A stretch of 64,000 bases of DNA from Camelus ferus (taxonomy: Eukaryota): NCBI RefSeq assembly GCF_009834535.1, contig NC_045696.1:24244001-24308000 (forward strand), written 5' to 3'. Numbering within the stretch: the first letter of the stretch is position 1; each line of letters begins with the position of its first letter. Positions 46,903 through 56,615 of the stretch are shown here, in pieces. Under the pieces are notes generated by a model. That model did not search any database, had not been told where the DNA came from, and saw only the letters and a program-made list of their open reading frames with translations. The translations under genes and the position numbers were made by a program.

Positions 46903-49683
46903 TCTTAGTGCTTATTAAAAGAAATATTTCTTCACTTTGTCTCTCTACCAACCTAATGTTTAAATACAGGATATTAGTATAATGTATTTTAGTTTCTAAA
47001 CTAAATTTTTCCTTCTAAACCTTATGAGTTGCAAAATTTGTGATGCCTTCATTTGTATTTTTTTCTTTTTTATTTGTTTGACCCCTCAGAACTTTTCTCT
47101 TCTTCTCACCCTCCGTAAACCAAATGTTTTGGATAATTCTGTTACCTTTCCACAGAAATCACTTAACAAGTGTTTGCCATACAAGTAAAATCTCTTCTTT
47201 ATTGTGTTTATGAAGAGAACATTGAATATCTTTAAATAGACATGTATATAAGCTCTAAAAAAATTATTACTGAAGTTAGAAATAAACCAGTAGATCCACG
47301 GAGAAGCCAAGGAATCACAGTATTTTATAATTTAAATATATGACTTGCAAATCTCTAAAGAAGCCTAATTCTTAAATATGTGTTGACATTTTGGTATTTT
47401 TAACTGTACTCAAGTAGTGTCCAATACCTGGGAACGTTCTGAAGTGATCTGTATATAAAATCCAGCAAGCTGAGTATATGTTGGTGATTCAGAAATAATG
47501 TGGGTGTCTTTCCACTAAAAGAAAATGAGGCAGGTTAATGCTAGCTTTAAGTCAAGTGATTTTAACCTTATAAAGTCTTTATTAAGTAGTGATAATATTT
47601 TACATTATACCCTAATATCTGTAGGTCCCAACGAGCTGTACCGTATCCAAGTATTAGAGCCTCCCTTTTTTTCCCCCCCAAAATTTCTCAGTTAAATTCT
47701 GTGCTATAGAAGGGAAAAGACAGGCTGGGGAAAGGTAGGAAGGGTTGTTGTTATTGATGTCTCTCTCTTCAGTTGTTTACGAGAGAGAAAAGGACATTAC
47801 GTGAAGAAATTTGGCTCACTCAGTTCCCTGAGGAGCTTTTAATAGTAGGGCCTGAGTGAATTCCAGCCTCAGGAGGTCTCAGAATTCCTGCTTTCTGAGG
47901 CGTTTCATTTTCTGCTAGTAGGGAATGGTGGTGGGTGTTGTCCCTGAGTGCACCTGAAGCAGCTTCTCAGTAACCATAATCTTTGATTCACAGATTGATC
48001 TTTTTAAAAAACAGGTTTCTATGAAAAGCTCTGTTTCCTCTTACTTGCTTCACGTAATTGGTGCCATTTATAGACTTTTCTTTTCAAATAAATTAACAAA
48101 AAATAACTACTTTAACTTAGAATTTTCTGTAGGCAGTTATTCCTCTGTCCTTCGTAGCTATTCTAAATGTTTCTTGCCCGCTTTTGTACAGGACAGCGTG
48201 ACAGCTTAGCGTATACACGTAGTTATACGTGTATGTGTTAGAGTAGCCACATTCTCTAAACCAAAAATTAGTGCAAGTATCTTGGCACATTTTCTTTTTA
48301 ATAATGACTTTGATTTTTGAATCTTTTAAAGGCGTTTTCAAATCACATGTAATATTTTAATTCATCTAAACTTATTAACAACAAATTCACACAAAAAGAA
48401 ATAGCATGGGTAGGGAGATGAGTATTTTATATTAGGAACATTCTAGAAACTTAGGGTTATAGGTTCACCTGTCACCTATATTCTGCATCTGCTAGGAATG
48501 GAGCTCATATTAAAATTTCTACGTAGAGCACATGTGTAAGGATTTTGAAACAGACACATTAAACCTTTGATAGACCTGAATGATCATCCAAAGAATCACT
48601 GTTGTCAGTAAGTCATTGTAAAAACTGAGAGAGAGTAAGGTTGTGATTATATTTAAATGTTTATGAATATGACTAGGGCTATCACACTTTTGTAGGCCTA
48701 CAAAATAATCTTATGCTTGTTAGGGCTTCCAATTCTTTGAAAACAGAAATTCTACAAATTACTTATGGAACGTCTGATGTCTGGAGGATGATGTATGTCA
48801 GAAGAGAATCTGTTCTGTACGCCTCAAGCCCACATAAAACTTACTAGATGAATTCGTGTAATGTGGGTCTCTTTTCCTTTCTCTACACTTCTTCTTTTGT
48901 TCCTTCCTAAGCTCCCAGTAATGTAAGGTTGCTAGTTCTAGCCCCTTACAGAGCTGCAGTGCTATAGAAAAGACTGAGCCTTTCTCTCGATGTGCAGAAA
49001 GGTGCTTAATGAAAATTCAAAAATTTGGTGGGCTTTGGAAGACAATTATATAGCATTAAAGTATTTTCTCGTTTCTAATTGATTGGATCATTTTAACAAT
49101 ATGCATTGATCCAGAGGATTTCCAGTAGAGATTTCCAATTTAATAGGAATGGCAATAAAATAGACTGAAGAAATGACTATAATACATGTATATGTATATT
49201 TTAGTGTATATATATATATATGTGTGTGTGTATATATACACATATAAACTTGAAAGTGCTCTATTCTTTTGCTTAAAGATATCATAGCATAATTCTAACT
49301 CTTCACCCTCTTAACTATTTTTTATTTTTTTTTAGAACACTGATATTTACATTTATTGGAGAACAAAAGATGAAGAAGGAGAAGCAGTGCACTCACTAAG
49401 GACTGTCTGCTGCTGCTGCCCGCCTGTGTGTTAAGGAATTCTGCTGCTGCTGCTTGCCTGGGAGTTGATCAGCTCTGCAGTCGGACTGCATTGGAGTCTG
49501 CCTGCCTTTTATCTCATCATTGCCAGCAGAAATCCGCGTCGCAATGTAACAGTACATCTCTGTCTAATTACTATGGAAGGTGATAAACTGACACTCACTT
49601 CTTAAAGTTACATCTCATTCACCCACAGAAAACCATCTTTAAAGTGAATAGAAACCAAGCCCTTGTGAACACTTCTATTGAAC

Positions 49684-52600
49684 ATGACTCATGGAGAAGA
49701 GCTTGGCTCTGATGTGCACCAGGATTCTATTGTTTTAACTTACCTAGAAGGATTACTAATGCATCAGGCAGCAGAGGGATCAGGTACTGCCGTCGACAAA
49801 AAGTCTGCTGGGCGTAATGAAGAAGATCAGAACTTTAACATTTCTAGTAGTGCGTTTCCCACCTGTCCAGGTAATGGTCCAGTTCTCAATTCACATGCGT
49901 ATCAGGGATCTGGCATGCTGCATCTCAAAAAAGCCAGACTACTGCAGTCTTCTGAGGACTGGAATGCAGCGAAGCGGAAGAGGCTGTCTGATTCCATCGT
50001 AAATTTAAACGTGAAGAAGGAGGCTTTGCTGGCCGGCATGGTTGACAATGTGCCTAAAGGCAAACAGGATAGCACATTACTGGCCTCTTTGCTTCAGTCG
50101 TTCAGCTCCAGGCTGCAGACTGTTGCTCTGTCACAACAAATTAGGCAGAGCCTCAAGGAGCAAGGATATACCCTCAGTCATGACCCTTTAAAAATGGAGA
50201 AAGATTTAAGGTGCTACGGTGTTGCATCAAGTCATTTAAAAACTTTGTTGAAGAAAAGTAAAGCTAAAGATCAAAAGCCTGATACCAGTCTCCCTGATGT
50301 AACTAAAAACCTCATCAGAGACAGGTTCGCAGAGTCGCCTCATCATGTTGGGCAGAGTGGAACGAAGGTCATGAGTGAACCTTTGTCGTGTGCGGCCAGA
50401 TTGCAGGCTGTTGCGAGCATGGTGGAGAAAAGGGCTAGTCCCGCCACTTCGCCCAAGCCTAGTGTCGCTTGTAGCCAGCTCGCTTTACTCCTTTCCAGCG
50501 AGGCTCATTTACAGCAATATTCTCGAGAACATGCTTTAAAAACACAAAATGCAAATCAAGCAGCAAGTGAAAGACTGGCTGCTATGGCCAGGTTACAAGA
50601 AAATGGCCAGAAGGATGTCGGCAGTTTCCAGCTCTCAAAAGGAGTGTCAGGCCATCTTAACGGTCAGGCTAGAACATCATCAAACAAACTAATGGCTAGC
50701 AAAGGTACAGCGTTTCCAAGTCCGATGGGTATCGTTCCTTCCTCCCCCAAAAATGCAGGCTATAAGAACTCACTGGAAAGAAACAATATAAAACAAGCTG
50801 CTAGTAACAGTTTGCTTCTACATCTTCTCAAAAGCCAGACCATACCTAAGCCAATGAACGGACACAGTCACAGTGAGAGAGGAAGCGTTTTCGAGGACAG
50901 CAGTACACCTACAACTATTGACGAGTACTCGGATAACAATCCTAGTTTTACAGATGATAGCAGTGGTGATGAAAGCTCTTATTCCAACTGTGTTCCCATA
51001 GACTTGTCTTGCAAACACCGAATCGAAAAGCCCGCACCCGACCAGCCTGTTTCTCTGGATAACTTAACCCAGTCCTTGCTAAACACTTGGGATCCGAAAG
51101 TCCCCGAAGTAGATCTCAAAGAAGATCAAGATACCTCAAAGAATTCTAAGCTAAATTCACACCAGAAAGTAACCCTCCTTCAGTTGCTACTTGGCCATAA
51201 GAATGAAGAAAACATAGAAAGAAACAGCAGTCCTCAGGAAGTACACGGCGAGGTGACGAAGTTCAGGACGCAGAAGTACATGAGGACTTCTGTGATAGAA
51301 AGCCCTGGTACCAATAGGACTACCCCAGTGAGCACTCCACCGCTGCTTGCATCCACCAAAGCAGAGTCTCCCATCAATCTTTCCCAACACTCGCTGGTCA
51401 TCAGGTGGAATTCCCCACCATATGCCTGTGGCCCCCAGTCCGAAAGGCCAACGAATACTGCGTCTAACCACTTGATGGACCTGACAAAGAGCAAAGAATT
51501 GCAAGGAGAGAAACCAGTCCAAAATGAAGGTGCACAAAACTCTGCAACTTTCAGTGCCAGTAAGCTGTTACAGAATTTAGCGCAGTGTGGAATGCAGTCT
51601 TCCATGTCGGGGGAAGAGCAGAGACCCAGTAAGCAGCTGCTCGGTGTAAACACAGACAGACCTACAGGTGTGATTGATAGATTAAACAGCCCTCTGCTCT
51701 CCAATAAAACAAATACAGCTGAAGAAAGTAAAGCGTTCGGCAGTCCGGCAACAGGTCCTGAGCCAGGACTCTCTGGTTCAGAAATAGAAAATCTCCTTGA
51801 AAGGCGCACTGTCCTCCAGTTGCTCCTGGGAAACCCCAACAAAGGGAAGAGTGAAAAAAAAGAAAAGGTTCCCTTAAGAGATGAAAGCACTCAGGAACAC
51901 ACGGATAGAGCTTTAAGTGAACAAATCTTGATGGTGAAAATAAAATCTGAGCCTTGTGACGACTTACAGACTCACAACACCAACGCACACTTGAGCCACG
52001 ATGCTAAGGACGCCCCGTTCTTGGGGATGGCTCCTCCGGGGCAGAGAAGCGCTGCTGCCTTACCGGCATCCGAGGACTTTAAATCGGAGCCCATCTCACC
52101 TCAGGATTTTTCTTTCTCAAGGAACGGTCTGCTTAGTCGACTGCTGAGACAAAATCAAGAGAGTTACCTGGCCGATGACCTGGACACCAGTCAGAGAAAT
52201 AGTGAACTGACGCTTCTAGAGTCAAAGAATCTTTGCATGGCCCCTAAGAAAAGGAAGCTTTATACTGAGCCCTTAGAAAATCCATTTAAAAAGGTGAAAA
52301 ATAACACAGTCGATGCTGCAAACATTCACAGTGCCCCGGAGGCACTGTACGGGTCCTTGCTTAACCAGCAAGAGCTGAAGTTGAGCCGAAGTGATCTTGA
52401 ATTTAAATATCCTGCCAGTCACGGTTCAGCCAGCGAAAGCGAGCCTCGGAATTGGGCCAGAGAGAGCAAAAGCTTCAATGTTCTGAAACAGCTGCTTCTC
52501 TCAGAGAACTGTGTGAGAGATCTGTCCCAGCACAGGAGTAACTCTGTCATCGACAGTAAAAAGAAAGGACACAAAAATAACGTGACCAACAGCAGGCCTG

Positions 52601-53154
52601 AATTCAGCATTTCCTCTCTCACCGGACTGATGTGCAGTGCTGCCCAGCCCAGCAGCGGCATGGACAGCAGGACATTCCCGTACCCGGGAGCGGCAAAAAC
52701 GCCTGCCAGCCCTCCTTTCCCCGAGCCCGTGGGCTGCACGGGGTCTCGACCCGAGTCTGGGCTTGTGAATGGGTGTTCCGTGCCCAGTGAGAAGGGACCC
52801 ATTAAGTGGGTCATCACAGATGTGGACAAGAATGAATACGACAAAGACTCCCCTAGACTGACCAAAACTAACCCGATCCTGTATTACATGCTCCAGAAAG
52901 GGGGCAGTTCTGTTACCAGTCGAGAAACACAGGACAAGGACATTTGGAGGGAGCCTTCATCTGCTGAAAGTATCTCACAGGTTACAGTCAAAGAAGAGTT
53001 ATTTCCTGCTGCAGAAACTAAAGCTTCTTTCTTTAATTTAAGAAGCCCTTATAATAGCCATATGGGAAATAATGCCTCGCGCCCACACAGCGCAAATGGA
53101 GAAGTTTATGGACTTCTGGGAAACATGCTAACAATAAAAAAGGAATCAGAATAA
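49684..53154 (+). CDS. NRIP1: Nuclear receptor-interacting protein 1 (RIP140), 1156 aa, single coding exon
   Basis: Starts MTHGEELGSDVHQDSIVLTYLEGLL and ends LTIKKESE. Nine LxxLL boxes (LEGLL, LASLL, LKTLL, LALLL, LLHLL, LLQLL, LQLLL, LSRLL, LKQLL), C-terminal LYYML, CtBP-binding PIDLS/PINLS, basic NLS-like KRKR and PKKRK. The track start 49678 is a TTG; the ATG is at 49684 (aacATGa). Confidence 0.99.
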   Translation: MTHGEELGSDVHQDSIVLTYLEGLLMHQAAEGSGTAVDKKSAGRNEEDQNFNISSSAFPTCPGNGPVLNSHAYQGSGMLHLKKARLLQSSEDWNAAKRKRLSDSIVNLNVKKEALLAGMVDNVPKGKQDSTLLASLLQSFSSRLQTVALSQQIRQSLKEQGYTLSHDPLKMEKDLRCYGVASSHLKTLLKKSKAKDQKPDTSLPDVTKNLIRDRFAESPHHVGQSGTKVMSEPLSCAARLQAVASMVEKRASPATSPKPSVACSQLALLLSSEAHLQQYSREHALKTQNANQAASERLAAMARLQENGQKDVGSFQLSKGVSGHLNGQARTSSNKLMASKGTAFPSPMGIVPSSPKNAGYKNSLERNNIKQAASNSLLLHLLKSQTIPKPMNGHSHSERGSVFEDSSTPTTIDEYSDNNPSFTDDSSGDESSYSNCVPIDLSCKHRIEKPAPDQPVSLDNLTQSLLNTWDPKVPEVDLKEDQDTSKNSKLNSHQKVTLLQLLLGHKNEENIERNSSPQEVHGEVTKFRTQKYMRTSVIESPGTNRTTPVSTPPLLASTKAESPINLSQHSLVIRWNSPPYACGPQSERPTNTASNHLMDLTKSKELQGEKPVQNEGAQNSATFSASKLLQNLAQCGMQSSMSGEEQRPSKQLLGVNTDRPTGVIDRLNSPLLSNKTNTAEESKAFGSPATGPEPGLSGSEIENLLERRTVLQLLLGNPNKGKSEKKEKVPLRDESTQEHTDRALSEQILMVKIKSEPCDDLQTHNTNAHLSHDAKDAPFLGMAPPGQRSAAALPASEDFKSEPISPQDFSFSRNGLLSRLLRQNQESYLADDLDTSQRNSELTLLESKNLCMAPKKRKLYTEPLENPFKKVKNNTVDAANIHSAPEALYGSLLNQQELKLSRSDLEFKYPASHGSASESEPRNWARESKSFNVLKQLLLSENCVRDLSQHRSNSVIDSKKKGHKNNVTNSRPEFSISSLTGLMCSAAQPSSGMDSRTFPYPGAAKTPASPPFPEPVGCTGSRPESGLVNGCSVPSEKGPIKWVITDVDKNEYDKDSPRLTKTNPILYYMLQKGGSSVTSRETQDKDIWREPSSAESISQVTVKEELFPAAETKASFFNLRSPYNSHMGNNASRPHSANGEVYGLLGNMLTIKKESE

Positions 53155-54079
53155 AATGTACCTGCCATCCATCTTTGGATCTTTTTAAAACTAACTAGTA
53201 CGAACTTGAGATCTGTATAAATAAGCGCATGATGTGAGAAACAAGCATGGTATAATTGAAGCTTTTTTTATTTTGAAAAGTATTGGTTCCTGGTGGTGTT
53301 TAAGTCTGCATACTCCTTTTTGCTTTATGTTAATGTCATGAGGAAGCTACTGAACTAGCAACTGGTGGTTTAACACTTCTGTATGCATCAGACAACAACT
53401 GTGAGTAGCTATGAATGATACTCTTTTATAATCACAAATAACAGGCATAAATTAAAAGGTGAACCTCCATCCACTGTGGATTAATGCATTTTGCTGCCTT
53501 TATTAGGGTACTTTATTTTGCTTTTCAGAAGTCAGCCTGCATAATATGTTTTTTAAGTCCCAAATTGTTAAATGATAACTCTTTAAAGGATAATTATTGA
53601 ATTAAAAAAACCCTAGTGCTGATTCACTTCTCATTCAGTTCAAAAACAAATTAGAAAAAAATATGCTTACATTTTTCACTTTTGCTAAAAAGAAAAAAAA
53701 AATTATTTTTAACTCTTGGAAGGGGTTTTATGGTTCCCCAAAGTGTCTGTCCCACCCCAATCGTTTTCAATATACTGTATTTCTTTAAACCTTGTACTAC
53801 TTAGTAAAAATTGATTACAGTTGATGGAAATTTGATAGATCCTTTAAAAAAAAAAAAGGCGGATTTCCATTTTTGTATTTTAACTACTTTACTAAATTGA
53901 TATTCCTCCTTTTACAGAATTAGGAAAGTTAATATTTATCTTCAGGTGGTTTCCTGAATAGTTGAATATTTAAGAAGCTGTTTTTAACAGAAGCAAAATG
54001 GCTTTTCTTTGGACAGTTTTCACCATCTCTTGTAAAAGCTACTTCTTACCATTTCTGTGGTACCTGTGAGTTTTATGAC

Positions 54080-54276
54080 CAGGGTTTCTTAAAGCTGGAC
54101 TCAGACCACCTGCGCTAGAGTCATCTGGAGCACTCATTTTAAAATGCAGGTTCTTAGGCAGCCTCTCAGCTCTCCAGAACAAGAATCTCTGCTAAGTGGA
54201 CCTGGGAATCTTCCATCTGCCTCTCAGCACACTCCCCAGGTGTTTCTTCTGCACACTGAAGTGTGGGAACCATAGC
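54080..54276. mobile_element. MER5-like hAT-Charlie element inside the NRIP1 3' UTR
   Basis: cagggtttcttaaag...agagtcatctggagc...ttaaaatgcaggttcttaggc...agaatctctg...ctccccaggtgtttcttctgcacactgaagtgtgggaaccatag. Confidence 0.75.
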
Positions 54277-55837
54277 TTATGACTCTCAGAACACAGGACT
54301 GCAAACAGACTATTTGATGCCTGTATTTTCCCCAGTACAGTCACACATCAACTCAAAATTTGCAGTATTGTACTTCATATATTACTGTTATGTCTTTGGA
54401 AATCGAGTTCAGAATACTTTTTATGACCAAAAAATTGGGTGGAGGGGACAACGTTCATATCTGGCTCAACATCTCAGGAAAATCTGTGATTATTATGTGT
54501 TCTAATGAGTAACATCTACTTAATTAGCCTTAGGGATGGAACAACAGGGCCACTTACCAAACTCAGGTGATTCCAGGATGGTTCGGAAACTCCTCCTGAA
54601 TAATACATCCTTAACTTCTATTAAAACCATCGTCCTAAGAACAGTGCTGACAAAGATGAAAACATTTATTTCAAACCCAAGAAAGGCACTCAACTCAGAC
54701 TGACTAAACGAAAAAGTACAAAGGGCACATATACATGACAGAATTGTACACAGTCACTCCATCAGATCTATTATTTTAAAGTAGTGCTTAAAGTACACAT
54801 TGATGTGTTCTTGGAAGAACTTAATATATTATTGAGCCACATGGCGTTTCTATCTTGAAACAAGCCCATGGTTTTCAGTTCAGTTTTTACAATCCACAAT
54901 TCATTCACCAGATATTTTTGGTTTTAATTGTGAACCAGGTTAGCAACTGACCTGTCAAAAAATTGTTATATAATCAACTATTAATTAGAAGGAAATCTAT
55001 TTGAAATTGTTCTACTTGAAATTGTTTCTAAGACTTTTATACTTAAAATAGGTGTTATTTCCTAATGTGATCTAAAACCCTAAATGATTATTTTTTTTTC
55101 TCAAAATGATTTGTAAATAGTTACTGGATATATTATAAAATAATAGGAGTGACTAGTATGCTACGTCACAAAGAGATGAAGGCATATGCTTGTTCTGAAG
55201 TGAGAATTCCACTGGCCGGTGAGTAGATTCAACTCCATCCCGTATTTACTCTGTGACAATCTTATTGTCTACATGATATAAATTAGTTCTTAAACAAGTC
55301 ATTTTTTTTCTGCCACTGTGAAAGGTCTGGAACCTTAGAAGTATGCTAGAAAAAATTTTGGTATTACCCTTTGGTTAAGGGAAAATGGTCTTTTTTTAAC
55401 AAGGGAGTGAAATTTAGGTCAGGAAAAAGATCACAGGCCAGCATTGCTTTTTTGCTTGTTTCGTTGATTGGTTGTTTTTGTTGTTATTGTTGTCAGCAGT
55501 TAAAAGAAATGAAACATACATGATACATAAATAAATGTGACCACAGAGAAAGCAGTTCTGATTTACTAGAGAGTGTCCCCAATTTGAGTTCAGTATGATT
55601 TTAAAGAAGAGCAGTGAGAAAGGGCGTACATCCGTAAATTCACTTTGTTTATGGCTGTGTAGATACAAGGATGCACATACACACATTTTCAAGGACTGTT
55701 TTAGATATCTAGACAATTCCTTCCCAATAAAATCATTTGTGAAAGGGTACTACAGCTCTCATTGACATCAGTAAGATAGCATTACCTGTTCTCTGCTGCA
55801 TCTTACAGAAGAGTAAACTGGTGAGAGTATATATTTT

Positions 55838-55876
55838 ATATATATATATATATATATAATATGTATATATATATAT
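55838..55876. repeat. Imperfect (TA)n tract in the 3' UTR
   Basis: tatatatatatatatatatataatatgtatatatatat. Confidence 0.9.
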
Positions 55877-56095
55877 TGACTTGTTACATGAAGATGTTAA
55901 AATCGGTTTTTAAAGGTGATGTAAATAGTGATTTCCTTAATGAAAAAATACATATTTTGTATTGTTCTAATGCAACAGAAAAGCCTTTTAATCTCTTTGG
56001 TTTCTGTATATTCCATGTATAAGTGTAAATATAATTGGACAGGTTTAAAAATTGTGCATGTATGTATACAGTTGCAAGTCTGGACAAATGTATAA

Positions 56096-56101
56096 AATAA
56101 A
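56096..56101 (+). terminator. Proximal polyadenylation signal (AATAAA)
   Basis: Canonical hexamer preceded by several TGTA elements and followed by U/GU-rich sequence (ttttatttaagttgtg). Confidence 0.55.
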
Positions 56102-56609
56102 CCTTTTATTTAAGTTGTGATTACCTGCTGCATGAAAAGTGCATGGGGGACCCTGTGCATCTGTGCATTTGGCAAAAATGTCTTAACAAGTCAGATCAGA
56201 TGTTCATCCCAACATGACAGTATTCCATTTCTGGACACGGCTTCTGTGGTTTCAGCTTTGTGAAAGAACGTGCTTTGAATCCAAGGGTCTTAAAACTTTT
56301 TAAGTCAAGTCAACCACTTTTCGTCATAAAGAGTTCACACAGTACTTTCATGAATTTTTTAATTCCATTGGAAACATAATAATATACCAGGAGTATTCCA
56401 GTATCCTGGAATATAGGCGCATTACCGTTCATGGTATGAATTCTGGGGTTTACACAAGCAATTTTGATGCAATCTGCTCAAAAGTATGATTTGTCATTTT
56501 TATTAGAATTTAATTTCTTCATGTGATGTCATGAAACTGTACATACTGCAGTGTGAATTTTTGTTTTGTTTTTTTAATCTTTTAGTGTTTACTTCCTGCA
56601 GTGAATTTG

Positions 56610-56615
56610 AATAAA
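56610..56615 (+). terminator. Distal polyadenylation signal (AATAAA)
   Basis: Canonical hexamer with an upstream U-rich/TGTA region and a downstream GU-rich tract (tgtctctggttt...tgttattttgtgg). Gives a ~3.5-kb 3' UTR, consistent with the known long NRIP1 mRNA. Confidence 0.7.

Noticed and set aside
49678..49683. Track ORF start at 49678 giving 1158 aa
   Set aside because: The codon is TTG. The conserved initiator is ATG 49684 (MTHGEE). Matching the human length is a coincidence.
51187..52865. Antisense ORFs of 108-218 aa overlapping the CDS
   Set aside because: Expected shadow ORFs opposite a long coding exon; no recognisable domains or promoter/splice support.
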